Below, in pieces: positions 52,488 through 64,000 of a stretch of 64,000 bases of DNA. Source of the DNA: Squalus acanthias (Eukaryota); NCBI GenBank assembly GCA_030390025.1, contig CM059432.1, forward strand, positions 70,558,001 to 70,622,000, written 5' to 3'. The notes beneath the pieces are model-generated. The model worked only from the letters and a program-made list of their open reading frames with translations. It made no database searches and had not been told where the DNA came from. Position numbers and translations under genes: made by a program. Position 1 is the stretch's first letter; every line of letters starts with the position of its first letter.

Positions 52488-53001
52488 TAAGCACAGTGGT
52501 TTTTATTTAGGGGTTGATGAGTAGCCCAATAATCCCAAATGTACATAAATCCTGGGTTACTAAATGTCCAGCTTTAGAAGCCCGTTTACTATGTAATAAT
52601 CCTAGTGGTTGTGGTAAATCTGCTCCTGCTTTTATGTTAGAATTCAGGATTGGACTCTCCTACACTCATTTTGCCCTCAGTTCTTCAACTTTAAAAAAAA
52701 AAGGAATAATAAACAGCAGTGCGTGTTTGCTTGTGCTCAAATCACAATCAGTAGTCAAATTGAACTGAAGTAATACAAGCTTCAGAAAATTTCCGCCTTT
52801 AATTCATTGCCAAATAGGCACAACAATAAGGTACAATATACTGTATCTCTGGAATCTATACTGATGTAACTCATTTGCAAAAATATTGAAAGGAACTGTG
52901 AGAGAATTTCATTGGACATAAATTGCATCTCTTAATTTGCATCTAATAGTGTTTTTCAGAATAACTTCTGCATTGTACTACTGTTGGTATAATCTATAAT
53001 T

Positions 53002-53721
53002 GGCCCAGAAATTCCGTTCGCAGGCCTCCCGCGGGCGGAGGGCTGCGATCTGGAAAAATCTGCACCTAGACCGGAGGGCTCCCGGGAGGCGCAGAGTTCC
53101 GTTCCTGGGCCTCCAAACTGCCGGTGTGCAGGGCCCACGTATCCCAGAGGCGCAGGCGGTTCGCAGGCGTCCCTGGGATCACGTGGGCCATGGGGAGCCA
53201 ATCAGAGAAGGGAATCTCCCTTCATACATTTGACAGGAAGACCTGTCAAATATATGAAGAGATCACCCCCAAAACATAGAAAAACTTTAAATAATTTTTT
53301 TTTTAAAATCACATTTTTAAAATGACTTTAAATTACATAAATTAAGTATTTTAAACAAAAATTTTATTTTTTGAAAAAATAATTAAAGTTTTTAACGGGG
53401 CTAAAAATAAACTTACCTTTCTTTAAAGTATTTTTAAAAGATAAATCAGTGGAAATTTTTTTTTTTAACTTTTTTCAACTTTTACCAGGCGCAAGAATTT
53501 TAAGTGTTTTCTGCGGGCGGAGGTTCTCCAAAAAATTGAACTCTCCACTCGCAGAGGCCCTGCTCCCGGGCAGGCGGAGGATCTGTCAAGAGCTTTCTTG
53601 ACAGATCGGAAATGCCGGTTTCCAGCGCATGCGCAGTGCATGCCTAAAACCGGCATTTCCGTTGGCCCTACGGGTGAGTACACAGCGCGTACACACCCGT
53701 AGGGAACGGAATTTCTGCCTC
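53002..53721. mobile_element. About 720-bp Harbinger-type MITE, family A copy 2
   Basis: GGCCCAGAAATTCCGTTC ... GAACGGAATTTCTGCCTC; flanks ATT/ACT; AT core shared with 15919-16615. Confidence 0.85.
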
Positions 53722-54602
53722 ACTAATACATTAAAGTGTGTATTGGCAGCATTCCAGATGTATTGCACCTGTAAGGTGGTGCTGTGTCGCTCACATTATG
53801 TGACCCATTACGTGCTGTAGGGCTCAACTAATGTAGCTTGAAGTCAAACAGCGTTCCAATCACCCCTTCACTTGATGAGCTTTCAATCTCACTCTTCACC
53901 TGGATTGTACCGAAAGAACCAGAAATTATAACTGCTCAGGGTCCCTTTGCCAAATCTTTATGACAAATTCAATGCACACATTCTCTTTACAAAGAGAGCT
54001 GCATTTAAATGCCTCAATACCATCTGCTATTCAAGTGAAGCAAATCTCAGATAATTGTACGAAGAGCAACTCTACTCCGTAGCTTATGTCCTGATGATTG
54101 ACTGACAACAAAGTGTGTCCTGCATAAAACAGTAAATTTCTCCACCAGGAAATATTATGAAAGTTCACCTAAAAGTCAATTTTCTCCACCCCAGCTGAGC
54201 TGTAAAATGGGGCCTTCCCTCACCCTCCCAACCTCCATGAGCTGGAAAATGGTCCTTTGCCCAGAACTTCCTTTCTTGCTGAGAGGACAATCTTATTTGC
54301 CTGAAACACATTGCCCTCCCCCACCTCCCTCCAGCCCCTGCCCTAATGTGGTAAATCCACCCAAGGGATGGAAGCAGAATAACAGGCCCCTACCCAATGC
54401 TGAGATGAAATTCTATGCCTGATCAAAGGAAGGGATACCCCCGCTGAGATACTTTCTTGACCGTAGCTCCCCCGTCCCCTCTTTCCCCCTCTCTTCCACT
54501 CCCTTCTCCTCCTCAAGCCCCTTTCTCACTAACCAGGTAATAGAGAAGGATGAGATAGTGAAACACAGGTGTCACAGGCACATTCCAGTAATTCAATCTA
54601 GC

Positions 54603-54681
54603 AAACTTAGATTATGTGTTCAAGTCCTGGATGTCTTCTGACTCAGGTGAGAGGGCTGCTACTGAGCCAAGGCTGACACCT
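54603..54681 (-). mobile_element. tRNA-derived SINE head fragment (SacSINE1-like)
   Basis: Minus strand ggtgtcagccttggctcagtagc...gagtcagaag...gacttgaacacataatcta; box A-like TGGCTCAGT; similar to 9680-9715. Confidence 0.6.
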
Positions 54682-55012
54682 CGACAATAAGAAAACACTT
54701 AAGGGAAACAAATCCTTACTAGTTCTGAGGGCAGAAATTGGAATAACTCAAGTGCCTAGTTTGTAAATTCTAGAAAGGCTACACATACTTCAGATGTCAA
54801 TGTTCTTGAATTTCTCTAATCCAAGGAATTCCTACAAATGACATTTGAACACCAGAAAAATTGCATGTACTATATTATTTCAGGATTCACTTCTTCAAAA
54901 CATCAAAGTTTGTAGACATTAAACTAAAAGTTTTTTATTGCTGGAATTTAAAGAACTAATTGGAATTTTGTCTATAAAAGCTTACTTACTTTTAAATCCT
55001 GTATTTATCTAA

Positions 55013-55138
<126 letters not shown>

Positions 55139-55547
55139 TAAACCATTTTAAATGTTTTACCCTGTCTTTGTATGAGGTCCTGAAAGGCGCTATATAAATG
55201 CAAGTCTTTCTTTAACATCAAGATGCTTAGACCAGCATTTGAGTCTGTTGTTACTCCCTGCTCTCTTTCCATAAAACAATGGGCTCAATATTAACTCCTC
55301 CATGACGGGCAGGAGAGGGTCGGTGGAGGGTTAAAAATTTAAAATCGTAAAAGGCAATCCAACCCGCCGCGTACACGTCTGCCACCATTTTTACAGCGGC
55401 GGGTTGCATGATGTACCTGCGTCCTGTTTTGGTGAGGGAGAGCACCACTTTATAATATTTAAATCCAACTCCCACAGTGCAGTTGGGAGCCTGATTTAAA
55501 TTTAACAGTTGTGGGCTGGGTTTCCCAGGGTTCGGGAAACACGGCAG

Positions 55548-57226
55548 TGTAGGGGGTGGTGGTTTGTGTCAGCTTTACCTCTGACTTCTGAGCAGTTCGA
55601 ATCGCTCCCACTCCCTTGGTTCTAGACCTTGGACTTATTTGGGGGTTGTAATACAAAGGTGCAGCAGACAACTGAGTTTGATGAAAGAACTTCAATCTTT
55701 ATTAAAAGGTAAGACACAAATAATAACACTCTTATCACTCTAAAGGTGGGGAACACTTCGGTACAAGCGAGGGAAATGACAGTAGAACAATACTTCACCC
55801 CTCCCAACCCCACTTTACTAGCTAAGTTAGGTTTTGAAGGACCAGGGATAATGCTCACCAATCCTTTGACAGTTGGGCTAAATCGCGGTTTTGGGGTTCG
55901 CTGTTTATGGCGGTTAGTGTCTGCCGTACCCCGTACGTGGTAGAGGACTTCACCTGGGTCTCTGGTCAGTCTTGCGAGTCCGCTGATGCGGTAGGATGTC
56001 GTTATGGATTTACCTGGTGAGTACCCAATTTCTTTAGTTTAGCAGTAGGGCTTAGAGTCTTTGGGGAAAAATCTTACCCAGGGGTAAGTCAGGAGTAGTT
56101 TGTAGTGTGGAAACTTTGCGATTCTTCAGGTTTTCTTCCCTTGAGTTGCTGGTCGCGGTGGCCTGCTATTACCCTGGTCAGTTGGGGGTAATGCGCAGTT
56201 GTTGGTTTCGTGAGGCCTTTGGTTTCCGCGATGGCTTTAGGCCTTGTTTAGTGTGTCGGTCGACCTTGTGGAGCCGTCGGTGACTTGTTGCTCTGGGTGA
56301 CTGTGTTGGGGCTGTTGTTGGAGGTCCGTCGAGGTGGTATCTTCGCGAGTTGGACTCAGGTGTGTCTGAGTGGTGAGCGATGCCGACTCGCTTCCAGCCC
56401 GAGTTTTCTTCTTCTTGGTCTCTTCTTCTTCTGATGACCACCGGTTGCGACTGACTGCGCGACTCCCAACTTTGAACTGTTGTGCCCCTGAACTACTTGA
56501 TGGGCCTTCAATTATACCAAATTGAAGTGCCCTTATCTACCCGCCAAATCTACTCAGTTCATTGTCTGGTTTTTGGCGGGCTCGTAAATCGGTAACGACT
56601 TACTAGCACGTTAACTGGGTTTTTAACAGGCCTTCAATCTCACCCATTGAACATGGCCTTATCTACCCGCCAAATCTACTCAGTTCATTGTCTGATTTTT
56701 GGCGGGCCTGCTACCAGTAACTGCTCTAAGTGTCAAATGGGCTTTGGGATGGTTTGCATCCTGTCGATCTCCTTGGCTGATCACTGGTGATTGGTTTCGT
56801 GTTTTGGGTTTCTAGGCTGGACTCAGTCTTTTCTATAGGCTGGTCCTGAGTGATTTGTATTATGCATGTTTTCTGATGGGTCCTGTAATCGGTTTGATGG
56901 GGCCTGTTATTTTGGGTGGGACTGTCTTCTCCCAGGGTCTATTGTCAAAATGTTAATGTCTGCTGGGGCTTGAGTGAGGTCATCCCGGTTCCCCAGACAA
57001 TGCAATTAACTGCAATAACCAAAACTGCTTTTACAGAGGTTGTTCCCACCTTCTTTCACAGCCTTTTCTCCCTTTACAGGCCCAGACATAGTTTTAAAAT
57101 GCCAAAACTTGGTTTTTGGTCTTAAATTCCTTATGTTAGGCCCAAATGCATTTTTATCACTCTGAGGTAGTTCCAAAGTCCTTTTTCCTTAGGTTTTGGG
57201 GATCTGCAAATTTTGGAAACCTTACA
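55548..57226 (-). mobile_element. Solo LTR (1679 bp) inserted in a GC-rich MITE that starts about 55281
   Basis: TGTAGGG...CCTTACA termini, 4-bp TSD GCAG (55544-55547, 57227-57230), minus-strand AATAAA at 55698-55703, tandem repeats at 56531-56707, no recognisable coding sequence. Confidence 0.82.
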
Positions 57227-57329
57227 GCAGTTAAGTGGAGATGGGAGCTGCTCGCTGCAGAAGGTAAGTGCTTTTTAGAGCTCTCCTTGTGAACTAGGAG
57301 GAGAACCATAGTCAGAAGCGGGAGCTTCG

Positions 57330-58777
57330 AGCATAAGATGAGGCATACTATTTTGTCCTTGTACAAGACCTTAGTCAGGCTGCACTTAGAATACTGTGTC
57401 CCGTTTTGGTCTCCTCACATGGTGGGTGATATTGAGGCTTTGGAAAGGGTGCAGAGGAGGGACACTAGACTAATTCCCAGTCTAAAGCATCTTAGTTATC
57501 AAGATAGGCTAAAAGAGTTGGGACTCCACACTTTAGAGAAGCGTAGACTTAGAGATGATATGATTGAGGTTTATAAGATGATGAAGAGAATAGATTGTGT
57601 TCCAGTGACAGTTTGTTTCAATGAAATGGGCATAAGAGGACCAGGGGTCACAATTTAAGTTGTAGAAGGCTAGATCTAGGTTAGATGTCAGGAGGTGGTT
57701 CTTTTCCCAGAGAACAGTGGCCCTCTGGAACAGGCTGCGGTCTCGTGCGGTGGATGCTGATTCGCTGAATTCCTTCAAGCAAGAGCTGGACCCGTTTCTG
57801 GCTGGGGCAGAAATCACCTCTTGAAGGTAGGTACTGCAGGGAATTCAGGGCCAGAGTGATCTCCTGGACTAGTTTCGATCGCCTAGATGGGTCAGAGAGG
57901 AATTTCCCAAATTTTTCCCCCCAAATTGGACTGAGCTTAAAAAAATTTTTTTTTGCCTCTCCCAGGAGATCACATTGTTTTGGGTGGGGTGAAGTGTATA
58001 TATTGGGCCGTAACTTGCGGCCCCTGCAGGTGTGTACGCGCCCGTAAGTGCCGCGCAAATCCCAGGTTTAGACATGCAATGCACATGCGCTAAAACCTGG
58101 AACTTGCGATCTGTCAAGAATTTTCTTGACAGCTCCTCCGCATTCCAGGGAAAAGGGCATCCGCGGGCGGAAAGTTGGGCTATTTGCCCAACTTCTGCCC
58201 AGTGAATGCCGGCGAAATTCTTACGCCAACGTAAGTGTTTTAAAAAAAACAGAAAAATAAAATTTTATCAATAATTTATACATTTAAAAACCTGTGAAAT
58301 AAGGTAAGTTTATTTTTAGCCCCTTTAAAACATGTAAATTTATTTTTCAAAAAATTACATTTTTGTTTTAGATATTTAATTAAATGCCATTTTAATTCAT
58401 TTTAAATGTGTTTTTTTTATTTGTAGTGTAGAGATTTTTTTGGGGTATTCCCATTCATACTTGAGCCTCCATAAGCATGAATGGGGATCCGCTTCTTTCA
58501 TTGGTTGGGTTGGCCCACGTGATCCCAGGGGCGCTCGCAAACCACCTACGCCCCGGGATACATGGCCACTGCCCACTGGTACCTGGGAAGGCCCAGGACC
58601 ACAAATCTCCATACCTCCCAGACCATCAGGTAGGCGCGGATTTTATTTGCGGGTCGGGAAGCCTCCGACCGCAAATTCAGGGCCATTGTGATACACAAGG
58701 TATCGCAATTGTGTGGGACAGGCTCAATGGACCAGAGGGTCTTTACCTGTCCATCATTGTTGTATGTTGTATGTAAC
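57330..58777 (+). mobile_element. CR1-like 3' portion with long 3' UTR, interrupted by a MITE
   Basis: LYKTLVRLHLEYCVPFWSPH...RLRDDMIEVYKMM; tgttgtatgttgtatgt tail. Confidence 0.9.
58005..58684. mobile_element. About 680-bp Harbinger-type MITE, family A-related copy 3 (opposite orientation)
   Basis: GGGCCGTAACTTGCGG ... CCGCAAATTCAGGGCC, ATT TSD; core aaggtaagtttattttta is the reverse complement of that in copies 1-2. Confidence 0.87.
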
Positions 58778-60329
58778 TGTAGTGAGCTGTCTTCTGCCAT
58801 ACAGGCTGATGAAAATCCTTGTGACCTTCCTGGGTTGATGGTTCTGTTCCACACAAAGCTGACTCACCTAGAGTATTTCTTTTTAAACTTCATATTTTTG
58901 CCCCTTGTTAAGGCTACCTGCATCTTGCATTATTCCCCAACTGAGAGGTTAGCTTGGAGCCTGTTTCCAGGTCTGTCTCGATGCTGGTCTGAGAGATTAG
59001 GAGATGTGTGGGAGTGGTTACTGTTTTCCTTATAGGGCAGGGAGCACTTTGATAGCCTGGAGATAGGAAAATCAATATTTAAGGGTAATTGTGAATTGAA
59101 TCCAACCAGCCTGTGATACTTAACAGAGTATTTTCTAACTGAATAACTTTCACAAATCAAAAATGACTAGTTATTGCTATGGCAGTGCTAAAAACATAGG
59201 ACCCAAATGTAAAAAATGGTGTCTATTCCCTTGTGGAAAAAAAATATCTTCAAAGCGGCATGGAAGAAATATTGGGATGCTGAGGTAAATGACACTTGAA
59301 TCAGGCAGTGAAAATATGTATGTGTGTGCCAAGTTTACACTAAGATAAAACTGGAGAAAAGTCAAAAAGAGAAAGGGAGGAGTATCTTAAACAAAAAGCA
59401 GAGTTACTCTTGTCCTTGCATCTTTATTGGCCAAGACGGTTTCTGGATCCACTGAGAATTTCTCAATTTAGCATTTTGAATGTTGAGAATAAGGACCCAT
59501 AGTCCTTTAGAGGGAGGGGAAGGAAAATAGAGATGTTGCAAATTACCCAAACCTCCACTTGCAGCTCAACCCCTTGATACTCCATCCATACAGTATATAA
59601 TTGTTAATGAGTTGTTCATTGATTGCCACTGAATTGGTCTTGTTCAAATATATTAGATGATAATTACTGAATGAACTGGTGGATATCAGGGCCTAGGCCA
59701 TGCTATCCACCCCATCACCCTCCTTTATTGGAGGACCTTTGCCGGAGAGTTACACTAGTCTGGGGGTAGAGACACACTGCAGTGGGACGAAGAGGCAGCC
59801 AGCAAGCTGCCTGTAAAGAAAAGTTATTTTTTACGGTAATTTTTATTTTGATGGGGCCTGTGCATGGATGCACTCTGAGAGCACTTGCATAGGCCCGTCT
59901 TCACTTCATGCCATCCACAACACAACAGACAGCCCCCCGGGTCCAGTGTGCAAACCTTGGGAACATGATAAGGGCTGTGTTTCCCTCATTTGCATGTTAA
60001 CATGTGCCCAGCCATGTATGGGATAGTAGCAGAGTGTGTCCCCAAGTAACCTTCCACCTCTGCCCACCCCAGATTGGCTGAAAAATTGGCAGGGGTTGGT
60101 GGGGAGCTTAGGCCAAACTGGCACTGTTTATTTAAATCCGTATTCACCACAGAGCTGCGGAGACATGCTGAGATTGAATCTGATTTCAATTCGATTTTAC
60201 TCTGATGTTGTTGTTAAACTACAATTTGAAAGGTGAGAAGACACTGATATGACTGCTACAGATTATTGTTCTTTGTCTCAATAGTCCTGTAATTTTGCTT
60301 TTACTTGCAGAAGAAACAAGAACACAAGG

Positions 60330-60785
60330 AAAGCCAGGGACTTTGTTTAAAAAGGCCATTCGCCCCATAAAAGTTAATCTCTCTAGTGCAGTAGCTCTTC
60401 CATCATAACATCTGAATTTTATTTTGACTAGCGTCAATGTCTTTATTACCTTTCTTGGTAGATTATTCCAAACATTTATCACTTCGAGTATAGATGTGTT
60501 TCCTGATATCTGGCCTAAATTTACTTTTCACAAATTTCCATTCATGTCTTCTGATCCTACTTTATTGGTCAGTTTTGAACTAATAATTAGGTTTACTTAT
60601 CTATGCCACTTTACATGCTTTGATGAGGTCTCCAGCTGCTGCCTAAGACTGTAAAGTTTCTCTAATCTTATAGCTCATTCTCTCTTTATTCTTGGGACCA
60701 GTTGTTGCTCTTTTCTTCAAACTTTTTGATACAAAAAAGCTATAGCATGATAATCAAAACTGAGCACAGTATTATGAACTGTAAA
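60330..60785 (-). mobile_element. Old degenerate CR1 3' fragment
   Basis: INVWNNLPRKVI; aaggccattcgcccc tail motif. Confidence 0.6.
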
Positions 60786-62499
60786 GCCCCCCACCCCTCA
60801 GTTTGACATTACACCTGTCATGAGTGCTTTCTTTTGCTTATTTTTGTAACCAGATTGTAAGCTTGTGCATCATTCTATCCTGGCTTTTGAAGCGTTTCAT
60901 GTAGAATATTAGCAAAAAGCTCAAAAGTCTAAATAAACTAAATCCTAGGGGTTGCTATTATCTTCTTTATCTGGACCACATTGAAAGAAGTCAAGGGAGT
61001 TGGGCAGCATCTACCCCTTCGTGATCTATATTAAATTTACAAGATACTTATGGATGAGGAAGGCCATTTGGCCCATCATAATTCATCCAACCAGAACAAT
61101 CTTACACTTCCTTCCTCCGCCTCCCCACCCTTGCTACACCTAATTATTTCAAGGTTTTTGCTGTTGCCATTCTGCTAAACTTTCCACTCATTTAGGAGTC
61201 TTGCATAACTGGTATCATCCAGTCACTATTAGTCACCATTGCCTTTCCATACCAGAAAAGAACTGCAGCATTGTTTTTTTGTGAAGATCATTCTTTGGTT
61301 TACCATCAAAACTTTAATTTAAATGCAGTTTTAGATTTTAAAATTTACTTAAAACCTTAATACAATTTTAAACTTTTTAACTCTACTTAATTGTTACCGC
61401 AGTTTGTTTTAAAAACAAAATAAATCTTAATTCATACTTTTAAAAAGAGCCTCAGATTCTGAGTATTCAGCAACGTATCCTAGTAACGCTTTCCATTTCC
61501 AGACTTTTGCAATCGGTAAACATGCAAAAGGAAGCATTCCTCTTGTATTGACAGATTTGTAACGTGTACAATGGCCTTCCAGAGTTCCATCATTGGCCTT
61601 CGCACGGGACTGACCTTTATTGAAAACTGTTTACATTTTAATGCTCTATTATAAGCCTTTCCTGTTAATTACTGATATATAAAAGTAACAATATATACCA
61701 GTTGAACAACAAAATTCTGCTTGCCAGATGAAAATGTTGTGCCTTAGGGAATGTTGCTTTAGGTCAGTGAACATTTGCTAAAATTATAATGCGTGCGAAC
61801 TCTTATACATCTTTAGTTTGGATATTGATGGTTTATTTGTGATCATTTTGTTTCTGAACCTGGCATTTATGGTTCCCAAAATGATATTAAACATATTCAA
61901 TGCTAGCAGTGTTTTAAACTGTCCTCTCTAGTTCTTGGAGCTCTGGTTACTACAGGGAGGATTTTCCTGGTATATAACAATATTCTAGTGCCAATTCTGC
62001 CAAACGCTGAGAGCACCTTCACAAAAAGGGGAAGAGGGATTACACGTCTGGTATCCTGGGAGTGCAATCTATTGATTCACATTCCCCTACCAATGCTTGT
62101 GTCGGATCTGGCAGCGAACCGATGCTTTTTCTTGGCCTTAAACTGCTGCAGATTTTGAGTTCTGCAGCAGCTGGGAGTTTCCACAACCTTCACCACCTCC
62201 CGGCAAGTTCCCTGTTGCAGATGATAATCTTGTCAAGAGCCAGCCAAACATATTTCACTAAGGCTGACCCCTGGAGATGCAATTAAGGGAATTCAAATCA
62301 ATCGATCACTCTCCCTTTAACTGACATTTAGAGGCTAGATCCAGATATTTAAGAATTTTGCCTATTAACATCCAAATGATAAACACTGCTTTAAGCTCCT
62401 GAAGTAAACAGTCAGTAACTCGTGCTCATTATTTGGCAAATCTTCAGGTCTGTTATGGGTCCTATATGAGCTTGCTTACTGCTCAGCCAAACGTGGCCG

Positions 62500-62887
62500 A
62501 ATGGTTGAATCCTGCTCACCCATCGCCCCTGTCCTCGCTGACCTATATTGACTCCAAAATGCTTCAAATTTAAAATTCTCATCCTTGTGTTTAAATCCCT
62601 TCATGGCCTCACCCCTCCCTATCTCTCTATCCTGCTCTCTTATGCATCTCTCCATACTTTTGCCCCCACCATTGCCAGCTATGCCTTCAGCCACCTAGGC
62701 CCCACAGTCTGGAATTCCATCCCTAAATCCCTCTGCCTCCTTAAAACCCACATCTTTGACCGACCATTCATTTACCCTTCTTAATATCTCCTCCTTTAGC
62801 TAATTTTTTTCTGAATATACCTACATGAAGAGTGTTGGGATGATTTTCTATGTTAAAGGTACTATATAAATGCAAGTTGTTGTTGTA
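62500..62887 (+). mobile_element. L2 3' end fragment
   Basis: FKFKILILVFKSLHGLTPPYLS, AFSHLGPTVWNSIP; ctatataaatgcaagttgttgttg tail. Confidence 0.87.
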
Positions 62888-64000
62888 GATTAACTGAACC
62901 ATGATTCTTCATAGCATTAACAATTTGGCACAGATTTCCATGAGACTCTGGATTCCGGTGCATATAGAAAATGAAAAATAAATTTCTATTCCTGATCCTT
63001 ATTGCATTATGGAAGAATTGATTATGTCAAGAGTAAGATCTCACTACCTCCTGCAACCACATGTTTAAATCAGGTCAGATGTCTGTTCTATGTATGACTG
63101 AACTGATCTGACCAACTCCAAGGGAGTTCTTGTTTGACTTGTAGGCATGTCTCCAACCCAATAATTCTCAGAACAGCCCAGGTACTGAAGAAGTTGGAGT
63201 TCCACATGCAATCTACTTTACTTATTGTAAGACATAGCAAGTGACTGGCTGAAAAAGTGGAGCAGCTGGCCAAAGGTGGAGGGCAAACAGAGGATTTAGA
63301 AACTATTTTTCTCTCAATACAGTTTGAGGAACAATCTTCTATTATTTGAACTATAAAGAGATCTGTTGTTCAGGAAAACAAACAGGATAGAGAAAGGAAA
63401 GTATTATATAAGGAATAGAATGGGGTTCGACAATACAGATGTCAGTAGAAATGCTCTGATGTATTTGTCGATATTTGATCATTTTATTCGAGCATGTAAA
63501 CCCTTTTAGTCAGTTGAACACCTGGTTTTCAGGAACTTGTCACTGTTCCAGGGTTACCGAAACAGATGGTTTTGTGGCTGAAATTTATGAATAATCATGT
63601 TGCTATGCCAACTTTAATCCTGTTTAGCATTTTTCTATTGACATATTTGTTTCTGTTGTAAAGAATGAGTTAAAGAATGAGTTAAAGTGCTAAACTTTCA
63701 CTTTTGGGGGCATGGTATGAATCCTGTCCAGATTGATAGTGTGAAGGTCTCCTGGTTGTAAGAGTTCTACATAAAACAAATTGGGCTGTCTGAACCCATT
63801 GCTGGTGTTATGTCTATAATTTGGCATTAATTGGCAATCTCACTCACCTATAGTGGTGGCTGACATGGAGCTTAAAAAAAAAAATGCAATTGTTTACCAA
63901 AGCATACTCACTAGTAATTTCCACAGGGTTCTCTGGATAATCTGTAATTTCAGCAGAAGATTGGTGAAAACCTTGGAGATAACCGTAAATGGCTGTTAAT

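Noticed and set aside
58800..64000. LYN exon 11 or another gene in the short ORFs
   Set aside because: No IAEGMAY/HRDLRAAN/DFG coding sequence found; the ORFs are repeat-derived or featureless.

Overview
Eukaryotic, repeat-rich vertebrate DNA; the repeat complement points to a cartilaginous fish (inference). The only host gene I can support is the Src-family kinase LYN on the + strand. Nine coding exons (human-equivalent exons 2-10, 17947-55111) splice by hand into one open frame of 347 codons covering SH4/unique, SH3, SH2, linker and the N-terminal part of the kinase domain. The non-coding exon 1 was not identified and exons 11-13 were not found, presumably lying past 64000. The rest is intronic: several CR1 families, L2, another non-LTR family, a Tx1-like LINE with a 15-bp TSD, Penelope-like fragments, Deu-domain SINE pieces, many Harbinger-type MITEs, a Myb-encoding Harbinger derivative, a Tigger-like MITE and a 1.68-kb solo LTR, often nested. 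Most notable: (1) the kinase gatekeeper reads Ala instead of Thr; (2) the LynA/LynB internal splice donor appears conserved; (3) two minimal hammerhead-ribozyme motifs in Penelope-like fragments, one sense to the LYN pre-mRNA; (4) a covarying hairpin in a MITE family; (5) a rare GAG splice acceptor. I see no convincing wholly new biological system. Family assignments come from recalled motifs, not database searches, and repeat boundaries without TSDs are approximate.
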